Positions 46,227-56,570 are shown, counted from the stretch's first letter. The stretch: DNA of 64,000 bases from an uncultured Ilumatobacteraceae bacterium (GCA_964471865.1 CAYYHU010000001.1:76921-140920), one strand, 5' to 3'. Numbers and translations are program-made. The notes: generated by a model not told the origin, from the sequence alone.

Positions 46227-47433
46227 TCCGCCGCAACACGGCGAGCCCCACAGCGGCGAAGACGGCACCGCCCAAGAATGCCGCCCGCTCGTCGGTGGCC
46301 GCGACCAAGGGCCCCAGAGCCAGACCTCCAGCGGCGGCACCGACCTCGAAGAACATCGTGAACCCCGCGAGGACCCGAGCGCGTTCGCGTTCACTCACCG
46401 CCCTGACTGCAGCAGCCATCAGCGACGGGTACAACAAGGCGTTGCCGACCGACAACACCACGGTGCCGGCATACAGAGCGAGCGAACTCGGCCTGATCAC
46501 CGTCACCACCCCGCCGATGACGAGCAGCGACAACGCCCAGGTCGCAGCCCGGCCGAGTCCGATGCGTTCAGGGACCTTCGCCAACACGATGCGCAGTACG
46601 AGACTGATCGTGGAATAGAGCAGAAACACCAACGCCGATCCCGACAACCCCACCTGATCCACATACGTCGGCACGAACACGAAGAACGTCACCACCGACG
46701 CGATGCCACACGCGAGAACCAAACCCGGAGCCACCGCGGCGGGATGCACCATTCGTCGGATCCACGAGCCCTCGGTGTCACCGGCCCGAGCGGGTTTCTG
46801 GTCATCGACTGGTGACCCGACTGGAACATCTCGTCGCGGCCCCGACCAGGCGATGACAGCCGCGGTCGCACACACCAGCGCCGCAGTCGAGAACGTCCGG
46901 GCGTAGCGGCCATCCCCGAGGATCGCTTCGCCGATGATCGGGCCGATACCCAGTCCGCTGAACACAGCGACGGAGAAGTAACTCGCACCTTCGGCCCGCC
47001 GGTTCGGTGGCGAGAGATCCGCGATCAATGTGGCACCGCCAACGAAGATCGCCGCCTCCCCGATCCCGGTGAGAGCCCGAAACACGAGCAGTGACACCAG
47101 ATGGTCCGTCACCGCCAGACCGGCCACCGAGCCGGTGGATACCAGCGCTCCCGACACCATGAGAAAGCGCCGGCCTCGGCGATCTCCCAGTGCCCCGATC
47201 ACGGGACGGATGAGGATCGCGGCGATCGAGAACACTGCGGCCTGAGCACCGATCTCGGTTCCTCCGCCCGCGAGTTCATCCTCGATGAAGACCGACAGGA
47301 TCGGGTTTTGCATCCCCACGGCCAAGAAATAGACCGCGACGGCCAGGGTGACCACGAAGAAGCGACCCGTGACGAGGCGCTGGCCAACCTGGGGTTCGAG
47401 AGGATGGGCACCGGCCGCAGCCGGCATGGTCAT
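46105..47433 (-). CDS. MFS transporter (12-TMS type)
   Basis: Start at MTMPAAAG (47433). Motif [12 protein letters not shown]. 13 nt downstream of the acyl-CoA dehydrogenase stop. Confidence 0.8.
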   Translation of the reverse strand: MTMPAAAGAHPLEPQVGQRLVTGRFFVVTLAVAVYFLAVGMQNPILSVFIEDELAGGGTEIGAQAAVFSIAAILIRPVIGALGDRRGRRFLMVSGALVSTGSVAGLAVTDHLVSLLVFRALTGIGEAAIFVGGATLIADLSPPNRRAEGASYFSVAVFSGLGIGPIIGEAILGDGRYARTFSTAALVCATAAVIAWSGPRRDVPVGSPVDDQKPARAGDTEGSWIRRMVHPAAVAPGLVLACGIASVVTFFVFVPTYVDQVGLSGSALVFLLYSTISLVLRIVLAKVPERIGLGRAATWALSLLVIGGVVTVIRPSSLALYAGTVVLSVGNALLYPSLMAAAVRAVSERERARVLAGFTMFFEVGAAAGGLALGPLVAATDERAAFLGGAVFAAVGLAVLRRITLPMLERRAEPAASAPSPPEPQRTDAPEPKRSAGDAPAS

Positions 47434-47446
47434 GACGGTTCCGGTC

Positions 47447-48682
47447 TCAGGAGCCCGTCTGGGGTTCCCTCGGGAGGCCGAGGACGCGTTCCCCGACGAT
47501 GTTGCGCTGAATCTGGCTGGTTCCACCCCAGATGGTCTCGGACCGGCTGAAGAAGAACGCCGACATCATCGGGCTGACCGGATATCCCGGTCGGCGTTGC
47601 TCGCGTGCGGTCCCCGGCCATGACGCGCCTGCGCCGGCGTCCACCAGCATCGATTCGGGGCCCAGGATGTCGAGAGCCAGTTCCATCGCAGCCTTGTGCA
47701 TCTCGGACCAGAACATCTTGTTGGTGGCTCCGAGTGCCGCAACGGCTGGATCCTTGCGGCCGGCTACCGTCGCCGACAACGACCGCAGACCGTTGATCCG
47801 CAGGATCTGGATCTTGGTGTAGTACTCCATCAACCGCTGACGAATCCGAGGATCCTCGAGAGTTCCGTTGCGCGTCGCGGCCGCGACCATCAAGCGGTAC
47901 TCCTCTTCGAAGCGGCGATAGCCCGTCGTGGCCGACATGCCGCGTTCGAACGCGAGTGTCGAGTTGGCCACCTTCCATCCGTTGTTGACGCCGCCCACGA
48001 CATTGTCAGCCGGACACCGAGCATCGGTGAAGAACACCTCGGTGAACTCGGCGGTGCCATCGGGTTGGACGATGCCGCGCACCTCGACCCCGGGCTGGCG
48101 CATCGGCACGAGGAGATAGGTGATGCCTTTGTGCTTGGGGGCGTCGGTATCGGTCCGGGTCAACAAGAAGCAGTAGTCAGCATGGTGACCACCCGTGGTC
48201 CACACCTTTTGTCCATTGATGATCCATTCGTCACCGTCGAGAACCGCCGAGGTCTTGAGCGACGCGAGGTCACTGCCCGAGTTCGGTTCGCTGAATCCCT
48301 GACACCACCGCACCCGGCCCTTGAGGATGTCGGGGAGGAATCGTTGTTTCTGCTCCTCGGTCCCCCACTGCAACAACGTGGGTCCCACCAAGGTGTCTCC
48401 GAAGAAGTCGGCGCGCATGGGGGCCTTGGCCCGAGCGAATTCCTCGGCGAGCACGACCCCTTGCATCGTGGACAACCCCTTACCGCCGTATTCGGTCGGC
48501 CAGGTCGCGCAGATCCATCCCCCCTCATAGAGCTTGGATGGCCACTGGGCGTTGAACGCCGACCGCTCCTCAGGCGACATCTCGAAGTCATCGTCGAACC
48601 ATCCATCCGGAAGATTCTCCTCGAGCCAACCCCGGATCTCGGCTCGGAACGACTCGGCATCGGAGGGATAGGTCAGGTCCAT
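47447..48682 (-). CDS. acyl-CoA dehydrogenase family protein
   Basis: Start at MDLTYPSDAESF (48682). CQGFSEPNSGSDLASL, KVWTTGGHHADY and IWGGTSQIQRNIVGERVLGLP. Confidence 0.85.
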   Translation of the reverse strand: MDLTYPSDAESFRAEIRGWLEENLPDGWFDDDFEMSPEERSAFNAQWPSKLYEGGWICATWPTEYGGKGLSTMQGVVLAEEFARAKAPMRADFFGDTLVGPTLLQWGTEEQKQRFLPDILKGRVRWCQGFSEPNSGSDLASLKTSAVLDGDEWIINGQKVWTTGGHHADYCFLLTRTDTDAPKHKGITYLLVPMRQPGVEVRGIVQPDGTAEFTEVFFTDARCPADNVVGGVNNGWKVANSTLAFERGMSATTGYRRFEEEYRLMVAAATRNGTLEDPRIRQRLMEYYTKIQILRINGLRSLSATVAGRKDPAVAALGATNKMFWSEMHKAAMELALDILGPESMLVDAGAGASWPGTAREQRRPGYPVSPMMSAFFFSRSETIWGGTSQIQRNIVGERVLGLPREPQTGS

Positions 48683-48822
48683 CTCCGTAGTTTGACGTTT
48701 CCGCTGCTCACGGGTCCATCCCGGGGCGAAGGGCTCAGACCCAGGCGGGGTGAACGCCACGTTCACACGTCGTTCACAGGACGAAAACCGGCGGGCAACA
48801 GCATCACGGCACCGTCCTCGCC

Positions 48823-49089
48823 ATGAGTGACGCCTCGCAAGGTCCTGCGCGCCTCCCCGATGCCGAACGAGCTGTCTTGGCCGTGCTCGTCGATCATGTG
48901 GGTCGAGTCGTCACCCGACGAGAGCTCGCCCGCCTCGCCGGGCTGGCGGATCGAAGCCAACGTCGCTGCGATGCTGCGCTCGTCGTGGTACGGCGACTCC
49001 TCGGCGCCGATCGGGTTGTGACGGTGAGGGGTCGCGGGTGGATGCTCGACCCTTCAGCGCTCGATGACGCCCGTGAACTCTTGGGCTGA
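48823..49089 (+). CDS. stand-alone OmpR/PhoB-type winged-helix DNA-binding protein (no receiver domain)
   Basis: 88 aa. AERAVLAVLVDHVGRVVTRRELARLAG ... CDAALVVVRRLLG...VVTVRGRGWMLD matches the Trans_reg_C pattern. Confidence 0.6.
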   Translation: MSDASQGPARLPDAERAVLAVLVDHVGRVVTRRELARLAGLADRSQRRCDAALVVVRRLLGADRVVTVRGRGWMLDPSALDDARELLG

Positions 49090-49132
49090 GCGCGTCAGCG
49101 CTGGTCATGGCGCTGCCGTCGCTGACGAACAC

Positions 49133-49170
49133 GCCACAGACTCGAAACATTGACAAGACAACCGGGAAAC
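49133..49170. promoter_or_regulatory. GlnR-box-like array (a-n6-b-n6-a-n6-b) upstream of amtB
   Basis: GCCAC-agactc-GAAAC-attgac-AAGAC-aaccgg-GAAAC compared with the published gTnAc-n6-GaAAc repeat. It ends 107 nt before the amtB ATG. Confidence 0.45.
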
Positions 49171-49276
49171 CTGGGCTTCCTACCGTGCCCCTCCGTCGGG
49201 TCAGCGTCGCCCCGACATCACAGATGTCACTCGATCCGGGCCACGCTCTCGGGCCCGGTCCCCCCAAGGAGGAACA

Positions 49277-51011
<1,735 letters not shown>

Positions 51012-51036
51012 ACCTCTGGGTGACGAGAGCGGCGGT

Positions 51037-51062
51037 GGCCGGGATGCCCAGGCATCCCGGCC
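51037..51062 (+). terminator. GC-rich perfect hairpin after glnK (intrinsic-terminator-like, no U tract)
   Basis: GGCCGGGATGCC-CA-GGCATCCCGGCC, about an 11-bp stem with a 4-nt loop, 26 nt after the glnK stop. Confidence 0.55.
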
Positions 51063-51114
51063 ACTGTCGCGTCCGGATCCTGGTCACCGTCAACCGGCGC
51101 GTAGATTGGACGAT

Positions 51115-52380
51115 ATGACGGTCACTGAGACACCCGCCCCCGCCACGACGCGCTGGACGGCGCAGTGGAAAGAGCTCTACGACGAGGTCATCACGACGGG
51201 GTTGTGTACGGGATGTGCGGGATGTGTGATCTCATGTCCTCATGACGTGATCGGCTACGAGCACGAGGAAGGCAAGTACAAGCCGTTCCACCTCGAAGAC
51301 GAACTCGGTCCGTCGAACTGTCTGCACGGTGAAAAGGGCTGCACGACCTGCACCCGGGCGTGCCCTCGCTTCCGAGCCTGGGAACCCCAAGCCGATGAGC
51401 ATCTCTTCGGCCGAGTCCGCGAACCCGATGAGATGTACGGGGTTGCTCGACAGTTGCTCTTGGTGCGTGCCAGCGACGAGATGGTGCACAAGATGGGTCA
51501 GGACGGTGGCTTCGTCAGCGCCATGCTGATCTGGCTACTCGAGCACGACTACATCGACGGGGCCCTCACATCGTTCCTCGAGGAATCGGATCCCTGGAAG
51601 GCCCGGCCCGGAATCGCCCGGAACAAAGATGAGGTTCTCGCGTCTGCGGGCAGCCGGTACACGTATTCGGCGAACACCCTGGCTCTCAAAGAAGCCCAGG
51701 AGGAGAAACTGTCGCGTCTCGCCCTGGTCGGGATGAGCTGTCAGACCTCGGTGCTGCCGATCATGTGGAGCCGCAAGGTCGGCAAGGTCTCCAAGCCCTT
51801 CTTGTTCAACGTGGGTTTGTTGTGTTCCAAGACCTTCGACGATGCGATCTTCGAAGAGTTGTTCTGGGCGAAGTACGGCCTCGCCAAGGACCAGATGGTG
51901 AAGATGAACATCAAGGGCGTCTTCCAGATCTGGATGAAGGACGGCTCCTACCACGAGATCGATTTGAAGGAATGCCACGCCTGGACCCGGGAGGGATGCA
52001 AGCGGTGTCCTGATTTCTCCGCTGAACATGCCGACATCTCCACCGGGGGGATCGGTGAGGACAACGACTGGACGCTGTGTGTGGTGCGGACCGAACTCGG
52101 TGAGGAGGTCATGAACCGGATGATCGCCGATGGTTCGGTGATCGCTCGGCCCGCCGAAGGGGACGCGACGGCGATGAAGCTGTTGCGGATGCTCTCGATC
52201 GTGTCGCGGCGCCGCTGGGGCCAAGGTGTGGATCCGGCGCCCACGATCGGTGTTCCGCCGCCCAAGAAGAAAGCAGCCGCCGCCAAGCCTGCCGACGCGC
52301 CGGCACCCGCCGCCGCTGAGGGCACCCCACCGGCGGCGTCTGAGCCCTCAGGCGAGTCCGGCAGCCCCGCGAGCAGCTGA
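51115..52380 (+). CDS. FrhB/FdhB-family flavo-iron-sulfur protein (coenzyme F420 hydrogenase/dehydrogenase beta-subunit-like) with N-terminal 2x[4Fe-4S] motifs
   Basis: ATG at 51115. CTGCAGCVISCP and CLHGEKGCTTCTRACP, then an FrhB-like body. Ala/Pro/Lys-rich tail PPPKKKAAAAKPADAPAPAAA. Confidence 0.7.
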   Translation: MTVTETPAPATTRWTAQWKELYDEVITTGLCTGCAGCVISCPHDVIGYEHEEGKYKPFHLEDELGPSNCLHGEKGCTTCTRACPRFRAWEPQADEHLFGRVREPDEMYGVARQLLLVRASDEMVHKMGQDGGFVSAMLIWLLEHDYIDGALTSFLEESDPWKARPGIARNKDEVLASAGSRYTYSANTLALKEAQEEKLSRLALVGMSCQTSVLPIMWSRKVGKVSKPFLFNVGLLCSKTFDDAIFEELFWAKYGLAKDQMVKMNIKGVFQIWMKDGSYHEIDLKECHAWTREGCKRCPDFSAEHADISTGGIGEDNDWTLCVVRTELGEEVMNRMIADGSVIARPAEGDATAMKLLRMLSIVSRRRWGQGVDPAPTIGVPPPKKKAAAAKPADAPAPAAAEGTPPAASEPSGESGSPASS

Positions 52381-53097
52381 GACCGCCTCGTCGAGCATCG
52401 TCTCGGTCAGGCGCCCCGTGAAGGTGTTCTGCTGAGACGGGTGGAACGAGCCCACGAGACGCAAGGGCCGAACTGCGTCACCCTCTCCGAGGGTCACCTC
52501 GGCCTGGGCTCCATGGCCGAATCGGGGCCGAGGCCGCGTCCCGACGAGATCACACAGGGCGTTCCACGCGAAGGCACCCAGACACAACACGGCGCGGAGG
52601 TGGCTCAAGAGTTCGAGTTCGCGCACCAAGAACGGGGTACAGGCGAGTCGCTCCTCGGGTGTGGGTCGGTTCTGGGGCGGAGCGCAGCGCACCGCCGAGG
52701 TCACCCAGACGCCGCTCAAGGCAAGACCGTCGTCTCGCGACACCGACGTTGCCTGATTGGCCAGACCGGCTCGATGAAGGGCCCGATACAGCCAGTCCCC
52801 GGAGCGATCGCCGGTGAAGATCCTCCCTGTGCGATTCGCTCCGTGAGCGGCCGGAGCCAACCCGAGAACGAGCAGCGGCGCCTGAGGATCACCGAAGCCG
52901 GGAACGGGCCGACCCCAATACTCCTCATCGCGGTAGGCGGCTCGACGCTCACGCGCCACCTGTTCTCGCCAGTCGACGAGGCGCTGACATCGACGACAGT
53001 GGGCGATCTCGCGGGCGAGTTGGTCGAGACCTTCGGATCCGGTCGGCTGCGGTGTCGTAGAAGCCACGTCGGAACAGTAGGTTGACACCCAGGACAT
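52348..53097 (-). CDS. uracil-DNA glycosylase, family 5 (UdgB-like)
   Basis: Motif A GLAPAAHGANRTGRIFTGD, motif B GSFHPSQQNT, and Cys cluster CRRCQRL. Start is ATG 53097 or GTG 53067. Confidence 0.8.
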   Translation of the reverse strand: MSWVSTYCSDVASTTPQPTGSEGLDQLAREIAHCRRCQRLVDWREQVARERRAAYRDEEYWGRPVPGFGDPQAPLLVLGLAPAAHGANRTGRIFTGDRSGDWLYRALHRAGLANQATSVSRDDGLALSGVWVTSAVRCAPPQNRPTPEERLACTPFLVRELELLSHLRAVLCLGAFAWNALCDLVGTRPRPRFGHGAQAEVTLGEGDAVRPLRLVGSFHPSQQNTFTGRLTETMLDEAVSAARGAAGLA

Positions 53098-53797
53098 GGC
53101 GACTCGATCCCGATCCCCCCACCCCCGAGGGGCGGGCGCCTCCGCCCAGCGGCGGCGGCGGCCGACGGGGCCGCCCCCCCCGGGCGGGCGGCGCGGACGC
53201 CCTGGCCAGACGCCGACCACGGGCAAGGTTCTGCCCGGTCGGGCTCCGGGATTGCATCTCGCCGAGACCGGGCTCGCTCAGGCCCAGCGGGCTGCTGAGC
53301 GGTTAGCGGAGCTCACTCGGGTGGACGCGGTGTACGCCTCGCCTCTGGAACGGGCTCGAGAAACCGCCGCGCCGATCGCCAAGGCTCTCGGACACAAGGT
53401 CATACGGGAACGGGGTCTGCTCGAATGCGACTTCGGTGACTGGACGGGACGGGAACTCGCTGAGTTGATGAAACTGCCCGAGTGGTCCACGGTGCAACGG
53501 GCGCCCTCCACGTTCCGGTTTCCGGGGGGCGAGAGCTTTTCGGAGATGCAGCATCGGATCGTGGGAACCCTCGATCGTCTGCGGGTGCAGCATCCGGGGG
53601 GCACGATCGTGTGTGTGTCTCATGCCGATCCCATCAAGGCGGCAATCGCTCATGCGGTGGGCACTCATCTGGATCTGTTCCAGCGCATCGTGATCAGCAC
53701 CTGTTCGGTGACCGCTCTCGCGTATGGATCGGGAGGTCCGATCGCGTTGACGGTGAACTCGACGGGGGGATCGTTGTCGGAGTTGGCGCCGTCATGA
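53096..53797 (+). CDS. histidine phosphatase superfamily protein (MSMEG_4193/Rv2135c-like), N-terminal catalytic motif degenerate
   Basis: VLPGRAPGLHLAETGLAQA, ASPLERARETA, ECDFGDWTG and CVSHADPIKAAI all fit the family. The expected RHG...N reads RRGRPGQT. The start is uncertain. Confidence 0.65.
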   Translation: MATRSRSPHPRGAGASAQRRRRPTGPPPPGGRRGRPGQTPTTGKVLPGRAPGLHLAETGLAQAQRAAERLAELTRVDAVYASPLERARETAAPIAKALGHKVIRERGLLECDFGDWTGRELAELMKLPEWSTVQRAPSTFRFPGGESFSEMQHRIVGTLDRLRVQHPGGTIVCVSHADPIKAAIAHAVGTHLDLFQRIVISTCSVTALAYGSGGPIALTVNSTGGSLSELAPS

Positions 53798-54285
53798 GTG
53801 TGTTCTTCCAGTTCGATCACGCCGACGCCTTCGCGACGGGAACGGTGGGTCGGCCCGGGGCCCGCACGTTCTTTCTCCAGATTCGTTCCGATGAGCATCA
53901 CGTCACGGTGAAATGTGAAAAGCAGCAGGTCGCCGCGATGGCGGAGCATCTGCGGTCGTTGCTCGCATCCGTAGACGCACCCGCATGGACTCCGACACCC
54001 CCGCCCCTGGTCGAACCGGTGGAAGCGGCCTTCGTTCTCGGTCCGATCGGACTGGCGATCGACCCTGACTCGGGAACCTTCATCTTGCAACTCGACGAGA
54101 TGATCCTCGAGGACGAAGAAGAGTTCGAGGGGGTCGCCGGTTCGGTTCGGGTGGTGCTGCAACCTGCTCAGATCGCGGCGTTCTGTGAACAGGCCGACAC
54201 GATCGTGGCGGCGGGACGTCCGAGTTGTCCGTTCTGTTCGGGCCCCATCGACCCCGAGGGCCATCCATGTCCGCGGATGAACTGA
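53794..54285 (+). CDS. DUF3090 family protein (Zn-ribbon C-terminus)
   Basis: The ATG overlaps the previous TGA (ATGA). MSVFFQFDHADAFATGTVGRPGARTFFLQ, an acidic linker, and C-terminal CPFCSGPIDPEGHPCPRMN. Confidence 0.7.
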   Translation: MSVFFQFDHADAFATGTVGRPGARTFFLQIRSDEHHVTVKCEKQQVAAMAEHLRSLLASVDAPAWTPTPPPLVEPVEAAFVLGPIGLAIDPDSGTFILQLDEMILEDEEEFEGVAGSVRVVLQPAQIAAFCEQADTIVAAGRPSCPFCSGPIDPEGHPCPRMN

Positions 54286-55013
54286 CCCCCGGGAACGCCG
54301 AGTCGGAGGACGTCGACGAGGAGGCCCGGCTCGCATTGCTCGCCGGTGGCGACATCGAGATCCTCGGGCGGATGCCCACGAGTTCGAACGCCACGTTCCT
54401 GGTGACGGTCAGCCAGACCGGGCTCGAGGCTCGGGGTATCTACAAACCGGTACGCGGAGAGCGACCGCTGTGGGACTTCGAACCGGGTCTGCATCGACGC
54501 GAGGTCGCCGCCTACCGACTGTCGCGAGCCACCGGCCTCGGTGTCGTACCCCCCACGGTCCTACGCGATGGACCTCTCGGTGAGGGTTCGCTGCAGTGGT
54601 TCGTGGATGCCCGCTTCGAGGAGCACTACTTCAGCCTGCATGCCGAACGTCCCGATCTCCATGATCAACTCCGCGCCATCGCAGTGTTCGATCTGATCGC
54701 CAACAACACCGATCGCAAAGGTGGGCACTGCTTGTTGGATGCCCAGGACCGGATCTGGGCGATCGACAACGGACTCTGCTTCGCTGCTGACTTCAAAATT
54801 CGCACCGTCATCTGGGATTTCGGAGGCGAGGACATTCCGAGCGAACTCGTCACATGCATCGCACCCCTCGTCGACGCAGTACCCCTCGAGGTGGCGACCT
54901 TGTTGTCCGACGACGAAGTCGCAGCAATCAGCGAGCGCTCGCAATGGCTGCTCGAACAGTCGAGTTTTCCGATCGATCGATCGGGGCGTCTGTATCCCTG
55001 GCCGCTGATCTGA
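54267..55013 (+). CDS. SCO1664 family protein (PI3/PI4-kinase-like fold)
   Basis: Overlaps the DUF3090 gene by 19 nt. ANNTDRKGGHCLL and WAIDNGLCF resemble kinase catalytic and activation loops. Confidence 0.7.
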   Translation: MSADELTPGNAESEDVDEEARLALLAGGDIEILGRMPTSSNATFLVTVSQTGLEARGIYKPVRGERPLWDFEPGLHRREVAAYRLSRATGLGVVPPTVLRDGPLGEGSLQWFVDARFEEHYFSLHAERPDLHDQLRAIAVFDLIANNTDRKGGHCLLDAQDRIWAIDNGLCFAADFKIRTVIWDFGGEDIPSELVTCIAPLVDAVPLEVATLLSDDEVAAISERSQWLLEQSSFPIDRSGRLYPWPLI

Positions 55014-55040
55014 TGGGGCGTCGACTGCGGCGACGGGCAC

Positions 55041-56570
55041 TCACCCTGTGGCGAGTCCTACGACCTCACGGCTCGCATCGATCAACCAGGACGGCATGAT
55101 TCCGACCACGAGAGTGAACGCGACCGCCGCTACGAGCGCAACACCAGTGGCGAGAGGAACCCTCACCGGTTCCCGATCGGCATCGCCGGGCTCGGGTTCG
55201 GTGATCCACATCGCGATCATGATCCGCAGGTAGACGAAGGCTGCGACCACCGCAGCGAGCATCGCCACGATCGCCACGGCGTAACTGCGCTCCCCGACCG
55301 CCGCTTGGATGACACCGAACTTGGCGATGAACCCCGAGGTGAGGGGGACTCCAGCCTGGGCGAGCAACAAGATCGTGAAGGCCACGGCCAAGGCGGGACG
55401 TTCCCGAGACAAGCCCCGCAACGAGCCCACGTCGGTGAGGGTCTCACCACGGCGTGACACCAGACCGACCACGGCGAAACTTCCCGAGGCCAGCACGCCA
55501 TAGAGCATCGTATAGAGCAACGCCGAGGAGATTCCCCGGCCCGGATCGTCTCCGGTCAGGTGACCTGCGGCTTCGACACCCACCAGGATGAAGCCGGCGT
55601 GGCTGATCGAGGAGTAGGCGAGCATCCGCTTCAGATCGGTCTGGACCGCGGCGAGAATCGAGCCGACCACGAGGGTGGCGACGGCCAGAGCCCAGATCAC
55701 CGGGCGCCAATCGTCGAACCGGCTCCCCAGCGAGGTCATGAGAATGCGCAGCAGTGCTGCGAAGGCCGCGACCTTGCCGGCAGCGGCCATGAAGCCGGTC
55801 ACCGGACTCGGTGCGCCCTGATAGACGTCAGGGGTCCACACGTGGAACGGAACCGCCGAGACCTTGAAGCCGAGTCCGACGAGCAACAAGGCGATACCGG
55901 CGAGCAGCATCGCATCGCTGCCACCGGTCACCGTCACCTCAGACGCCAAGACATCGGTGATCTCGGCGAGTCGGGTCGATCCCGTGGACCCGTAGATCAT
56001 CGCGACGCCGTAGAGGAAGAAGGCCGATGAGAAACCACCGAGGACGAAGTACTTGAGTCCGGCCTCTTTGGAATCCAGGCGGGTCCGATGCGAGGCGGCC
56101 AACACGTACATCGCGATCGACAAGGTCTCGAGTCCGAGGAAGACCACGATGAGGTCCGTGGCCGCCACCATGACCACACCACCCGCCGCGGCGAGCAGAT
56201 AGAGGCCGTACACCTCAGGGCCTTGGCCACCTTCTCGACGCAGATGATCGTCGGTGGTGAGGCTGGCGAGCAGCACCGCCACACAGATCGCGATCGTGGA
56301 GAACAACGCGAAGTGATCGAGGGCCAGTGAACCCCCCACGAGCGTGCGAGGGCCCTCATCGGTGACGTCATCCCACAACACCATCGACATGGCGCCCGCA
56401 GTACCGGCGGTCACCGCGCTCACGAGCGCATACAGACCTCGGGGCCACGAGGGTGTCAGAGCGGCAACGACGAGCAACAGAGTGCCGCCAGTGACGAGCA
56501 CCAGCAGCGGTGACAGTGAGAACCAGGCGACCTCGGGTCCCTGGAAGGTCTGTGCGAGGACCGTGCTCAT
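55041..56570 (-). CDS. nuoN: NADH-quinone oxidoreductase subunit N
   Basis: 509-aa polytopic antiporter-like subunit, last gene of the nuo series. 4-nt overlap with nuoM. Confidence 0.9.
   Translation of the reverse strand: MSTVLAQTFQGPEVAWFSLSPLLVLVTGGTLLLVVAALTPSWPRGLYALVSAVTAGTAGAMSMVLWDDVTDEGPRTLVGGSLALDHFALFSTIAICVAVLLASLTTDDHLRREGGQGPEVYGLYLLAAAGGVVMVAATDLIVVFLGLETLSIAMYVLAASHRTRLDSKEAGLKYFVLGGFSSAFFLYGVAMIYGSTGSTRLAEITDVLASEVTVTGGSDAMLLAGIALLLVGLGFKVSAVPFHVWTPDVYQGAPSPVTGFMAAAGKVAAFAALLRILMTSLGSRFDDWRPVIWALAVATLVVGSILAAVQTDLKRMLAYSSISHAGFILVGVEAAGHLTGDDPGRGISSALLYTMLYGVLASGSFAVVGLVSRRGETLTDVGSLRGLSRERPALAVAFTILLLAQAGVPLTSGFIAKFGVIQAAVGERSYAVAIVAMLAAVVAAFVYLRIMIAMWITEPEPGDADREPVRVPLATGVALVAAVAFTLVVGIMPSWLIDASREVVGLATG

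Noticed and set aside
53098-53226. 43-codon Arg/Pro/Gly-rich N-terminal extension of the uracil-DNA glycosylase ORF
   Set aside because: Low complexity, and it is the reverse complement of the same G/C-run region discussed for the phosphatase gene. The family 5 UDG core begins after the ATG at 53097.
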